A DNA stretch of 64,000 nucleotides from Roseibacillus sp. (GTDB lineage Bacteria; Verrucomicrobiota; Verrucomicrobiia; Verrucomicrobiales; Akkermansiaceae). The notes beneath the pieces were generated by a model. It saw nothing but the letters and a program-made list of their open reading frames with translations, did no database searches and was not told the DNA's origin. The position numbers and the translations under genes are program-made. Shown in pieces: positions 35,223 through 44,979 of the stretch. The DNA lies in assembly GCA_051251855.1 (NCBI GenBank), contig JBPOGI010000001.1, positions 928,001-992,000 on the forward strand, in the 5' to 3' direction. Each line of letters begins with the position of its first letter. Within the stretch, counting starts at the first letter, position 1.

Positions 35223-36050
35223 TCACTGTTTTAAGGAGAGAGCCACGGCTGATATGCCCTCAGAGCTTTTGAGCTCAGCGCCCTCTGGGTAGCGAGAGCT
35301 AAGATAGCCCAAAGCTGGATAACCATGCTCTGTCTTTTTGTTGGAAACTGACGTCACCTCGAGGAGCGTTTTTTCTTCACCAGGTATCGAGAAGGTAAGA
35401 GGTAGGTTGCTGGTAGGCTGGTCGAGAGAAAGGGGGATAAGCTTGCGATTGGTTTTTCCTGCCCGCTTCATTCGGGAGATGACTTCTTGGCCAAGGTAGC
35501 AACCTTTGTGAAAGGAAACAGCGAGGTCTTCGAGACCTGTTTCGGCCGGAAGAGAGCCCAAGAGGTCTATCGTTCGAGGTACTCCCTTGGCGATTCTCAG
35601 AGCTTCTTGGGTACTTTGAGAGGTGAGGTCCTTCGCCTGATTGGTAGCTTTCTCTACGGCGCTGGTGGCTTGATAGAGGTCGCGCCCGAAGGTCCCAAAG
35701 CGGTTCACGAGCCCGTCCGCGGCATCGCTTTGGGAGGGCTCATGGAGGAGGAGCCAGATTTCGCTTTCGTCGGTTAGCTCACAGTCGTCGGCGATGAGAT
35801 ACCGGTCCATGCGTGCAAGGACATCATCCGTGGAGCGGCCTTCAACGCTCAAGAGAAATCCCTCAGCATCACGATGGATGGTGCCATCAAAAAGAATACG
35901 CCCCTTGGCATCGCAGACGAAGGTATAGCGCGACTGGCCTTCTTTAATGCCGGTGACTTGTTGGGTCACTTGGCCATTGAGATAGCGTTCGGCATCGGGG
36001 CCGCGAAATCGCAGGTGGGTCAGACCGTGAAGAGGAATGAGGTCGCTCAT
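35223..36050 (-). CDS. ygfZ: Folate-binding protein YgfZ
   Basis: GPDAERYLNGQ and the signature KGCYLGQE. Confidence 0.93.
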   Translation of the reverse strand: MSDLIPLHGLTHLRFRGPDAERYLNGQVTQQVTGIKEGQSRYTFVCDAKGRILFDGTIHRDAEGFLLSVEGRSTDDVLARMDRYLIADDCELTDESEIWLLLHEPSQSDAADGLVNRFGTFGRDLYQATSAVEKATNQAKDLTSQSTQEALRIAKGVPRTIDLLGSLPAETGLEDLAVSFHKGCYLGQEVISRMKRAGKTNRKLIPLSLDQPTSNLPLTFSIPGEEKTLLEVTSVSNKKTEHGYPALGYLSSRYPEGAELKSSEGISAVALSLKQ

Positions 36051-37006
36051 TAGGAGTCCTTAAGATCGGGATTCATTTTTGCCAAGAGTCTTTGATTGAA
36101 CTCGTCGGCCATGTCATAGCCGAGTTTGCGCAGCTGTAGATCGAGGGCTGCGACGGAGACGAGTCGGGCGGTGTCTCGTCCGGGGGCCACGGGAATCTCG
36201 ACATTGGGCACTTTAAGTCCGAGAATTTCAAATTTCTTTCGTTTGATACCCAGTCGGTCGACTTCGTTGAGGTCCGCTTGTCCCTTAAGGGTGATAATCA
36301 TATCGAGTCTTTTGTGAGGGCGAATGGCCGAGAGCCCGTAGAGGTTGGCGACGTTGATGATGCCAATTCCACGCATCTCGATAAATCCTCTGGAAAGTTC
36401 TGGTGAGGAAGCGATGAGCTCTCCACCCAGTCCTTGGACATGAACCATGTCATCAGCGACTAAGGCGGCTCCTTTTTCTAGAAGTCCGATGGCTGTCTCG
36501 CTCTTACCGGCTCCAGACTTACCCATAATGAGGATACCAATACCGCGATAATCCACCATGACGCCGTGGATGGTGGTGGTTGGCGCAAAGTCGGTTTCAA
36601 GACAACGGGTTGCCTCATTGAGGAACTTCATTGTCACCATCGGAGAGGTAAAGATAGCTATTTTCTCTTCTTGCGCGGTCTGGATGAGCTCGGCAGGAAA
36701 AGGAAGGTCGCGTGCAAGAACCAAGCAGGGAGGCTTCTGTTTGCAGAAGGCTTGAAAGCGCTTGGCTCGGGTCTTGTCATCGAGCTTTTTAAGGTAAGAG
36801 ATTTCCGAATTTCCAAGAACTTGAATTCTTTTCTTTGCGAAATAGGTGAAGAAACCAGCGAGGGCGAGACCGGGTCGGTTGGGCGCAGGTTCTCGAATGA
36901 GTTCGTTAAATCCGCATTCCTCTCCAACAAGTGAAAGCTGAAGTTCCTCTTGATGTCGGGAGTAGAATTCTCCGACTGTAATGGATTTTACTATCTTTGC
37001 TTTCAC
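36050..37006 (-). CDS. hprK: HPr kinase/phosphorylase
   Basis: NRPGLAL, GKSGAGKSE, LVADD, EMRGIGII, PVAPGR. Confidence 0.96.
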   Translation of the reverse strand: MKAKIVKSITVGEFYSRHQEELQLSLVGEECGFNELIREPAPNRPGLALAGFFTYFAKKRIQVLGNSEISYLKKLDDKTRAKRFQAFCKQKPPCLVLARDLPFPAELIQTAQEEKIAIFTSPMVTMKFLNEATRCLETDFAPTTTIHGVMVDYRGIGILIMGKSGAGKSETAIGLLEKGAALVADDMVHVQGLGGELIASSPELSRGFIEMRGIGIINVANLYGLSAIRPHKRLDMIITLKGQADLNEVDRLGIKRKKFEILGLKVPNVEIPVAPGRDTARLVSVAALDLQLRKLGYDMADEFNQRLLAKMNPDLKDS

Positions 37007-37014
37007 ACCGAATT

Positions 37015-38067
37015 CTATTCCGGTGTCTGAAGGCTTGTCGAGGGTGGTTCCGAGTTGCGTTGCGCCTTTACCCGAACAATCTCGCGCTCGTAACCACGAC
37101 TGCTATCGACATAAGATTCTAAGATGCCGATTTTGCTGAGAAGGAGGGTGATGCCGAAGCTGATATCGAGCTCGTTTTTGGCGAAGCCAGACTTGGCGCT
37201 GGAACTAAAGCGGTGGTGATTGTCGTGCCACTCACTGGCAAGGATACCATAAATCCATTGGTTCACTGCAAGCGAATGAGTATCAAGTTTGGGCTGGTGC
37301 TCGCTTTCTTCGTCATGACCGCGAAAGTTGAAGTCGCGCATGATGAGCAAGAAGGTCACCGCTCCGAAGTAGAAGGCAGCTAAGAGGTCGGGGCGACCCA
37401 GAAGGAGAAACAACGAAATCCAAAAGGTATTGCAAACTAGAAATCGGGCGGGGTAACGCCATTCCTTTTCGAAGGAACCGGTCTCTCGGAAACGCTCAAT
37501 GGTGTTCCATTGGGAGGGAATGCGTGAGAGGAAGTTGAAGCAAAATCGGGCCTCTTTTTCCGACATTTGGCGGTTAAAAAAATTGGCAGACTCAGTGGCC
37601 GAGAAGCTTCCCCAATAGCCATTCCGAGGGCCATAAGGATCGCCCGGAGTGTCCGAAATCTTATGGTGCACAAAGTGGGGAATGACATAAGTCTCTTCCT
37701 TAATCATGAGAGGATTGAGCCAATAGATGACCTTAGCGGACCATGAGTGGCGAAATTTAAAGGCTCGGTGTGAACCGTAGCGATGATACCAGAAGGTGTG
37801 GAAGAAATGGGCATGCAGGAGAGCGAAACCGAGCCACCAAAGGATACCCGACCAGCTTAAGTAATCGCGAAAGAAGAAAAATGCGGCAACGAGTCCAAGA
37901 GCATGTTGGCTCAGCCAAATCCAAGTAGCGAAGGCTTCGCGGTTGCGAAAGATATTCACGGTATCGAGCCACTCGGGGAAAACATCACGAAAGGTCGGCT
38001 TTCGTTTAGCACGAATGACGGAGATATACTTGCGGGGCCGGAGGAGATTTTTGGCAAGCGAAGACAT
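37015..38067 (-). CDS. Membrane fatty acid desaturase (delta-9-like)
   Basis: His boxes HRYGSH, HFVHH and EWHDNHH; DTPGDP. Confidence 0.85.
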   Translation of the reverse strand: MSSLAKNLLRPRKYISVIRAKRKPTFRDVFPEWLDTVNIFRNREAFATWIWLSQHALGLVAAFFFFRDYLSWSGILWWLGFALLHAHFFHTFWYHRYGSHRAFKFRHSWSAKVIYWLNPLMIKEETYVIPHFVHHKISDTPGDPYGPRNGYWGSFSATESANFFNRQMSEKEARFCFNFLSRIPSQWNTIERFRETGSFEKEWRYPARFLVCNTFWISLFLLLGRPDLLAAFYFGAVTFLLIMRDFNFRGHDEESEHQPKLDTHSLAVNQWIYGILASEWHDNHHRFSSSAKSGFAKNELDISFGITLLLSKIGILESYVDSSRGYEREIVRVKAQRNSEPPSTSLQTPE

Positions 38068-38174
38068 TGGAGCAAGTTTTTGGGAACTTATCTTATCTAT
38101 CGAAAATTGCTAACCATAAAAGCGAAGCCTCTTCTGAGACTTCGCCTTTTGAAAGTGCTTTGCGCAGGGCTTCT

Positions 38175-39479
38175 TTAGAAACTTCCACTCATGCCGAGGG
38201 CGAAGAGGTGGATGTTGCCTTCGCCGATACTGTCGGTTCCGATGAAGCCGCCGTCATTTTCTCCCAAGCTCACTTCATCAACCATGACAAAGGAGTAGCC
38301 TGCATCGATTTTCATGTTTTCGGTGACTGCATAGCTTGCACCCAAGCTCAACCAGATGCGATCTCCGTCGGGGATACGAAGAGTACGGAACTCGTCGTCC
38401 ACTGGGCTTTCATCATAAGCAATACCCGTGCGGAAGGTCCAAGAATCGTTATGCTGGTAGGTAGCACCGATCGAATATCGAAAGGCATCATTCCAGTTTT
38501 CGGGAGTGGCAAGAATAGGGTCCACTGGCACTGGAGCAAAGGGGTTGGCATTGACCACGCCCGTTTTGGGCTCAAGGGTTTCGAAAGAACTCCATTGCGT
38601 CCAGAGAATGTCTCCATGGAATGCCCACTTATCATTCACTTCATGATAGAGGCTCAACTCCACTGTGGCGGGCAGCTCCACGTCCAAGGTGCCATCATAG
38701 ACTCCATCTACATCAAAGACTCCACCGGGGACAAGAGTGTTGAAAGCGGGGGATAAGGTGACGTCGCCCTCCAGCTCGAGCTTCATCGAGGAACGGTAAT
38801 GAAGACCGATACGAGTGCGCTCTGAAAGCTCGTAGAGAAAGCCGATGTTGTATCCGAAGGCGATGTCATCTCCTTCCAAACCGAAAAGCCTTGCTCCCAT
38901 ACCTCCAGGTGCGAGAGAGGTAATCTCACCTTCCGCATACATAACATTAAAGCCTGCTCCAAGAGTGAGTTGATCATTGATTCGATAGGCAATCGAAGGA
39001 TTAAAATTAACGGTGGTGATTTCTGAATAGTCGGTGGCAACCAAGGCTGCGGTGGAGGTCTCGTAGTTAGTGCGCAGACCGAAAGTAGAAAAGAGACCAG
39101 CGCCGACGGCGACCTTGTCGTTGATACGCTTAGTTCCATAGACGTAGGGAACCCAAGCGGACTCGGCGATATCGTCGTCCTTCAGTGCAGGGCCTCCGTT
39201 GCCACCCGTCAGCGCGGGATAGAGGGTCGCGTTCGCACCTGGGTCGATATAAGTGATCCCTGCCGAAAAATTCCATTCACCACCGAGCATGATCATTGCC
39301 GCAGGGTTGGATGCGACGACGGAGGCGTCATCGGCAATGGCAGCTTCACCAGAGAAAGCGCGACCCAAGCCTGAAGCCGAGCGCTCCGCGAGTTGAAATC
39401 CAGCTCCCAATAATGAGGGGGTCATAAGAAGCGAGGTTACAAGAATCGGGCTGACAATTGGTTGGTGTGGAGTCTTCAT
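38175..39479 (-). CDS. fadL: FadL/OmpP1 long-chain fatty acid outer membrane transporter
   Basis: AGFQLAERSASGLGRAFSG, NPA motif, C-terminal Phe; start at ATG 39479. Confidence 0.92.
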   Translation of the reverse strand: MKTPHQPIVSPILVTSLLMTPSLLGAGFQLAERSASGLGRAFSGEAAIADDASVVASNPAAMIMLGGEWNFSAGITYIDPGANATLYPALTGGNGGPALKDDDIAESAWVPYVYGTKRINDKVAVGAGLFSTFGLRTNYETSTAALVATDYSEITTVNFNPSIAYRINDQLTLGAGFNVMYAEGEITSLAPGGMGARLFGLEGDDIAFGYNIGFLYELSERTRIGLHYRSSMKLELEGDVTLSPAFNTLVPGGVFDVDGVYDGTLDVELPATVELSLYHEVNDKWAFHGDILWTQWSSFETLEPKTGVVNANPFAPVPVDPILATPENWNDAFRYSIGATYQHNDSWTFRTGIAYDESPVDDEFRTLRIPDGDRIWLSLGASYAVTENMKIDAGYSFVMVDEVSLGENDGGFIGTDSIGEGNIHLFALGMSGSF

Positions 39480-39577
39480 TTGAGAAATGCGGAATATTAA
39501 CCGATTGGCTATATTGCCGACAATCGTCACTTGAGGTCAAGGGGTGAGACTGACCACGGTGTCAGCAGAAAAGTTTC

Positions 39578-39895
39578 TCAGGCAGCTAGAAAGTGCTGAA
39601 TGAGAATCCCCCCTGCTGTGAGAAGACCAAAGAGGGCATAAACCGAAGGTTTGCGTCGTAAACTGCGCCCTCCGTGTGCGAGAAGTCGTGACCACAACAC
39701 CAAAAGAAAAAAGAAGATAGTAACGAAAGCCGCTCCGGTGAGGAAGGGCTTGAATCCTCCGTTCACGAGCCAATGAACGAATTCGAGGAGAAAAAAACCT
39801 CCACCCAAAAGAATGATGGCACCGACGACTACTCTCAACGTGGCATCGAGTTGATGGTCAGGAGGGAGGGGGCGGCTTTCGTCCTCAGGAATCAC
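39578..39895 (-). CDS. Small membrane protein (3 TM)
   Basis: Three hydrophobic segments; TTGCAG-N16-TAAACT lies 6 nt upstream of the GTG. Confidence 0.7.
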   Translation of the reverse strand: MIPEDESRPLPPDHQLDATLRVVVGAIILLGGGFFLLEFVHWLVNGGFKPFLTGAAFVTIFFFLLVLWSRLLAHGGRSLRRKPSVYALFGLLTAGGILIQHFLAA

Positions 39896-39901
39896 AGAAG
39901 A

Positions 39902-39994
39902 AGTTTAGCCGCCATGAGTGATTCTGCAAATCGTAAAGGAAGAGAGAGCACTGGCGGGAATAGGCATTGCGAGAAGTCACTGGAAGGCTACGTT
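39902..39994. promoter_or_regulatory. Divergent promoter pair, both predicted to give leaderless mRNAs
   Basis: - strand: TTGCAG-N16-TAAACT-N6-GTG(39895). + strand: TTGCGA-N16-TACGTT-N6-ATG(40001). Confidence 0.6.
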
Positions 39995-40000
39995 CACAGC

Positions 40001-40495
40001 ATGATTGACATGCTGGTTCGGCTCTACGATTTGCCGGAAATGGAGCCGACTTATCAAAGAGTGGCTGGAGAGGGAATTATTTTGAGACGACCGAGTGTTT
40101 ATGAGAAGCACCTCGTAGCAAAGTGGGTAGGCGAGCACTTTTCGCCAAAGTGGGTGAGTGAGGTGGAAGTGGCGATGAGCCATCAACCGGTGAGCTGCTT
40201 CATTGCGACTAAGGACAAGGAGATTCTAGGGTTCGCCTGCTATGATACCACCTGCAAAGGCTACTTTGGTCCCACCGGAGTTGGCGAAGCGGCACGAGGA
40301 AAAGGGGTCGGGAAGGCTCTCCTCTTCAAAGCTCTCGAGGGGTTGCGTGACCTTGGTTATGCTTATGGTTTTATTGGAGGAGTCGGTCCTCGCGAATTCT
40401 ATGAGAAGGCATGTGGAGCAGTAGAAATCCCGGGAAGCGATCCTGGGATTTATCAGGACATTTTGCCCGAACCCCCAGCTCCTAACCCTAATTAG
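40001..40495 (+). CDS. GNAT family N-acetyltransferase
   Basis: FGPTGV...RGKGVG acetyl-CoA motif, FYEK; start at MIDMLVRLY. Confidence 0.9.
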   Translation: MIDMLVRLYDLPEMEPTYQRVAGEGIILRRPSVYEKHLVAKWVGEHFSPKWVSEVEVAMSHQPVSCFIATKDKEILGFACYDTTCKGYFGPTGVGEAARGKGVGKALLFKALEGLRDLGYAYGFIGGVGPREFYEKACGAVEIPGSDPGIYQDILPEPPAPNPN

Positions 40496-40497
40496 AA

Positions 40498-41208
40498 ATG
40501 GGTAACGGAAAAGAAATTGCTCAAAGTGGGGGGCAAGACGCTGGTTACGTCAGGGAAGCCTTTGCCAAAATCGCGGATCGTTATGTAGTCACGAATCATG
40601 TGCTGAGTGCTGGCACTGATATCTTGTGGCGCCGCAAAGTGGCCCGAATGGTCAAGAACTGGGAACCTTCACGGATTCTCGATGTGGCAACAGGAACAGG
40701 CGATTTAGCTTTGGAAATGCAAAAGGTGAGCCCAAATGCCGAGATCGTAGCGACTGATTTTTGTGCGGAGATGTTAGCTCATGCGAGCCGACGTGGTATT
40801 GGGCAAACCCAAGTGGCTGATGCGCTCAATCTGCCGTTTGAGGATGGAACGTTTGACGCGGTGACTGTTGCCTTTGGACTTCGCAATATGGCCGACTGGG
40901 AGGCGGGGCTGCGTGAAATGGCACGGGTGTGTCAAGGGGGGCACCTGCTCGTTCTTGATTTTTCTCTACCCAAGGGGCCTTTGGGTCGTCCGTATGGTTT
41001 TTATCTCAATAAAGTGCTCCCAAAGGTTGCGGGGTTACTCACCGGACAAGGGCAGGCATTTGAGTATCTTGCGGGAACTATTGAGAAGTTTCCGAGCGGT
41101 TCAAAGATGGTAGAGCTGTTTGAGAAGAGTGGCTTCCGAGAAGTGAAAGCTCAGCCCCTGAGCGGAGGAATTGCATCCGTTTACACCGGTTTTTCTCCCA
41201 AGCCTTGA
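40498..41208 (+). CDS. ubiE: UbiE/MenG quinone biosynthesis methyltransferase
   Basis: LDVATGTGDLA, DALNLPF, FDAVTVAFGLRN, YLAGTI. Confidence 0.93.
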   Translation: MGNGKEIAQSGGQDAGYVREAFAKIADRYVVTNHVLSAGTDILWRRKVARMVKNWEPSRILDVATGTGDLALEMQKVSPNAEIVATDFCAEMLAHASRRGIGQTQVADALNLPFEDGTFDAVTVAFGLRNMADWEAGLREMARVCQGGHLLVLDFSLPKGPLGRPYGFYLNKVLPKVAGLLTGQGQAFEYLAGTIEKFPSGSKMVELFEKSGFREVKAQPLSGGIASVYTGFSPKP

Positions 41209-41211
41209 GTG

Positions 41212-41982
41212 CTAATTTTCTTGAGCGAAATCTGCTCTCGTAATCGCGTGTTTACTAGCGCAACGAGGACATTGCACAGTGACTTGTTCGGCTCCATCAA
41301 AGAGTTCGTCCAGCTTATCTCTCCAGACAGCGAGGGCAGGCATGATTCGCTCGCGGTTACAGCCACAGAAGAAGTGAAAGGCGCGATTCTCTAAGGGGGA
41401 AAGTTCTTCGGTTTCCTCAAAGGCTGCTACCTTCTCACTGGTAAGGCTCTCAAACCACTCTTCGTCAAAGTCTGGTTGTGCAGCGAGGAGGACGAAGTTC
41501 TCGTCAGGGAGTTCGAAAATCTTCCCGGGCCGCTGTTCGGATTGTTTGTAGTAGTGGCTGAGCCAATCAAATGGTTGGTCAGTCTCCAACGCTACGGTCG
41601 AAAGCCGAGGCTGGCTCTCGGGCTCGGTAACTTGACTGTAGAGAAGGTTTTGAGGAGGCTCGCGAACATCTTCGGTGAAGATTCGGCCAACGATGTTTTC
41701 GTGGGTCGAGGACGCGGTGGCAAAAAAGTTAACGCGGGGGGCTCTCAAGTTGACGGTCCAAGCGTGGACTTCGGCCCAAGGACGAGCAACCGCATGGAGA
41801 GTCAGGGCGACGAGAAGTTCCTTGAGCTTGTGATCGAGCTCGGCTGGGTATTTGAGGTCGTGATCGGCGAGATGAAGGTAGTGATCCATGAAGATATCCG
41901 TAAAGTTAGCTCGAACCATTAAGGTGTTGCGATGACGGATGAAGATGGATTCGACGCGGGTGCGGTCGGACGCTATGGGCAT
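41212..41982 (-). CDS. hslO: Hsp33 (HslO) family redox-regulated chaperone
   Basis: YYKQSEQ, AQPD, FFCGC...QCPRC zinc motif. Confidence 0.8.
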   Translation of the reverse strand: MPIASDRTRVESIFIRHRNTLMVRANFTDIFMDHYLHLADHDLKYPAELDHKLKELLVALTLHAVARPWAEVHAWTVNLRAPRVNFFATASSTHENIVGRIFTEDVREPPQNLLYSQVTEPESQPRLSTVALETDQPFDWLSHYYKQSEQRPGKIFELPDENFVLLAAQPDFDEEWFESLTSEKVAAFEETEELSPLENRAFHFFCGCNRERIMPALAVWRDKLDELFDGAEQVTVQCPRCASKHAITRADFAQEN

Positions 41983-42076
41983 GGGGGTAGTGGGATGAAT
42001 GGGAGGCCCTGAGTCAAGAATCAAGACGTTGAATTGTCTGGTTTTAAGAATCTGATGGGAGCAACGTATCCGGAAT

Positions 42077-42646
42077 ATGAAGGTTCTTTTTCTCTCTCTT
42101 CTATGGATCGGCTATGTTTCAGCGGTCACCAAGGAAGTGGTTCAGGTGTTTCAGCCAGTATCATACCACGATACGGATAGCGCGATGGAATTCGGAGTCA
42201 AGGGGGAGTTGATACAGGCTGCGGTCGTGGAGCGTGCAGTGGTATTGTCAGGCGCATTTCCAGAAGACTTGGTCAAGGCTGTCGGAATGCCTTTTCGATT
42301 TGAGACCAACAATCCAACCTATGATGTAAAGGAAGCGAACTTGGTGGTGCTTTGTGGTTTGGCGATAGAGGTCACTCGAGAAGAGAAATCCATTGAGGTA
42401 GTGATCGATTGCAGCAAGTTTGCGATTCCTGAGCTGGTCGAATTGACTGATAAGCAAATTTTGACGATGACAATCGAGGCCATTCGGCGCACGGCACGAG
42501 TTTACTACCAAGCCGGAGCTTATGAGGCTTTCAAGTGTCACCTGCGACTCGTGGGGTTAGGAGAAGATCGGAAGGAACTTCAGAGTTTAGATTCCAAATT
42601 TCAAGTGGGCCCAAGTCGCGAGAGTGAGTCGAATGAAAGCGATTAG
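42077..42646 (+). CDS. Secreted hypothetical protein
   Basis: Signal peptide; the 189-aa ORF fills the gap between neighbours. Confidence 0.65.
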   Translation: MKVLFLSLLWIGYVSAVTKEVVQVFQPVSYHDTDSAMEFGVKGELIQAAVVERAVVLSGAFPEDLVKAVGMPFRFETNNPTYDVKEANLVVLCGLAIEVTREEKSIEVVIDCSKFAIPELVELTDKQILTMTIEAIRRTARVYYQAGAYEAFKCHLRLVGLGEDRKELQSLDSKFQVGPSRESESNESD

Positions 42647-43893
42647 AGACTCTCATTACTTGCCAGTATTTTCTTGGCAGCTTCCTGCCCTGAAATAATG
42701 GCCCCCTCGATGGAGGTTGAAGTGCGATAGTCGCCACAAAGATAGAGAGGGGGCTTCGGATCCGCAACGCATGCTGAGTCCGGAAGTTGTTCTGGCAGGG
42801 CTTCAGGAATGAGGATGGTCCGGAGGTGCTTCCAATCCGAAACTTCTTCTCCAAACCAGTTGGCGAGATCTTCCTTCACCTCGTCAGGTAAGGACTCTTG
42901 TTCGTGGCTCCCAATGAGTGATACGGAGATGAGTGATTGGCCAGAAGGGGCATAGTCTGGACAAAGATCCGTGAGGACGGCGACGTTGTTAACGAGACCC
43001 GTTTTCTCGCCATTGAGCGCGAGAATAGGCTCATTGAGAGGGGACTTAGATGAGGAGAAATAGAGGTTCGTAACAGAGCGCCAAGTGATGTGAGGAATTT
43101 GGATCTCTGGAGCAATTGCCTTGGCTGCGTTGTGCGAAGTTGCGAGGACAATGGAAGACGCTTCGATGGTTTCTCCAGAGTTGAGATGAATTTGGTTCCT
43201 CGAGACTTTCTGGACTGGGCAATGATAGCGAATTTGCCCTTCAGGGATACGAGTGGCTAGCTGCTTGGCTAACTCTCCCATTCCCTTGGCGGGAAGGCAG
43301 GCTGAACCTTCGGTGAACATTTTAAAAGTGAACTCAAACATCTTGCTGGAAGTTCGAAGTTCTCTTTCGAGAAAGATGCCGCCATAGAAACTCCTGAAAA
43401 AACCATCGATCATTCGTTCGCTAAATCCGAAGCGGCGCAAGTAGTCTTTGGTAGTTTGGTCCTCACGTTCAGCAATCTCAGTGAGTGATGACTTAATGAG
43501 CATCATTCTCAAACGGGCCACCAAGGCCTTGTCAAAGAGGTTGCCAATGGGAGCGGTAGCGCTTGCCCAGAGATACTTTGGCCTCCGGAAAATATCCATC
43601 ACTCGATGCAGTTTCCCGTCGGAGTAGACTAAGGCTCCAGGTTCGAATTTTTTAAGGTTCAGTTTGGAAAGGTCAAAGAGACTCCCCGCTGTTGGATAAG
43701 AATCGAGGTAGACTTGAAATCCTCGGTCGAGCAAGAAACCATCGACTTCGTCGGTGCGGACTCTTCCGCCCGGTCCGTCAGAGCTCTCTAAGATGAGCAC
43801 CTTCTTCTTGTGTTTCTGCAGTTCAAGTGCGCAAGAAAGGCCTGATAACCCTGCTCCGATGATTACGGCATCATATTTATTATGGAGCGTCAT
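42643..43893 (-). CDS. FAD-dependent oxidoreductase (amine oxidase/phytoene desaturase-like)
   Basis: IIGAGLSGL, GGRVRTD, LDRGFQ, CGD, SIEGAIISG. Confidence 0.9.
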   Translation of the reverse strand: MTLHNKYDAVIIGAGLSGLSCALELQKHKKKVLILESSDGPGGRVRTDEVDGFLLDRGFQVYLDSYPTAGSLFDLSKLNLKKFEPGALVYSDGKLHRVMDIFRRPKYLWASATAPIGNLFDKALVARLRMMLIKSSLTEIAEREDQTTKDYLRRFGFSERMIDGFFRSFYGGIFLERELRTSSKMFEFTFKMFTEGSACLPAKGMGELAKQLATRIPEGQIRYHCPVQKVSRNQIHLNSGETIEASSIVLATSHNAAKAIAPEIQIPHITWRSVTNLYFSSSKSPLNEPILALNGEKTGLVNNVAVLTDLCPDYAPSGQSLISVSLIGSHEQESLPDEVKEDLANWFGEEVSDWKHLRTILIPEALPEQLPDSACVADPKPPLYLCGDYRTSTSIEGAIISGQEAAKKILASNESL

Positions 43894-43943
43894 GCTTAAT
43901 GAAAAATATGTCTATAATCATTATATCAAAAACGCAACTTGTT

Positions 43944-44951
43944 TTACTGCTTGGAGTCTCCAACTTGCCTGTTTCCTTTTGTCTTGGTCTTGACTCTGAG
44001 GAGGTCTTTGTTGGCAGTCAGATAGAGCATGGAATACTCGGCACCACCCCAAGCAAGGTTCGCGGTTCGTCGCCCGGTCAGGATTTGGCCCAAGAGTTTT
44101 CCTTGAGGGCTGAGAACGATGACTCCACCGGGGCCACTGCTCCAGATATTACCCATAAGGTCTACCTTAAGTCCGTCGGGAAGTCCGGGGAGTTTTGGCT
44201 CGAGAGTTGCTGAGTCGAAAAGAATAGTCGGGGGGCCTAGATTAAGTTCTTTATCGACGGGGTAGCTTAGAATGTGAGCTGCGGGGCCGTGGGACTGGGC
44301 GATATAGAGCGTTTTTTCATCTGGGGAGAGGGTGACGCCATTGGGTCGCACTAGGTCGGAAATCACTCGGGTGAGTTGTCCATCAATATCCCAGCGATAT
44401 ACACCGTTCTCTTCCATTTCCCGTTCTGGACCCTCTCCTTGGTTAGGTAATCCATAGGGAGGATCGGTAAAGAAGATAGAACCGGAAGAATGAACCACAA
44501 GGTCGTTAGGAGAGTTGAGGCGCTGCCCTTTGTAGTTATCGGCGAGAGTTCGTTTTCCGCCGTTTTTGGTGAGAATAGAAAGCCGGCGGTCGCCGTGTTC
44601 GCAGGTAAGAAGGCGGCCTTGAGCGTCGAATGCTAAGCCGTTGGAACCAGGTTCGTTTGAGTTAGAGGATGGACCAGTGAAGCCGGAAGGCTTGAGGAAG
44701 GTAGTCAGTCCATCTTCTTCAGACCAAGAGTGAACGATATTATTTGGGACGTCTGAGAAGAGAAGTCGCTGATGAGCCGTATCCCAGACAGGACCCTCAG
44801 ACCAACGGAAGCCTGAGGCTAGGACTTCAATCTCGGCATCAATATCAATGAGAGCTTTAAAGGAGGGATCATGGCTAATGATGGAGGTCTTGGGAAGTGG
44901 GTCTCCAAACAATTGGGAAGCAAGGAGAAGAGTTGTGAGGAGCGATTTCAT
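43944..44951 (-). CDS. SMP-30/gluconolactonase family protein
   Basis: Signal peptide; WSEGPVW, GSNGL, NSPND, PNG, PDGLKVD. Confidence 0.92.
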   Translation of the reverse strand: MKSLLTTLLLASQLFGDPLPKTSIISHDPSFKALIDIDAEIEVLASGFRWSEGPVWDTAHQRLLFSDVPNNIVHSWSEEDGLTTFLKPSGFTGPSSNSNEPGSNGLAFDAQGRLLTCEHGDRRLSILTKNGGKRTLADNYKGQRLNSPNDLVVHSSGSIFFTDPPYGLPNQGEGPEREMEENGVYRWDIDGQLTRVISDLVRPNGVTLSPDEKTLYIAQSHGPAAHILSYPVDKELNLGPPTILFDSATLEPKLPGLPDGLKVDLMGNIWSSGPGGVIVLSPQGKLLGQILTGRRTANLAWGGAEYSMLYLTANKDLLRVKTKTKGNRQVGDSKQ

Positions 44952-44979
44952 ATCGATAAGAGAATATTTTGTTTGGCTT

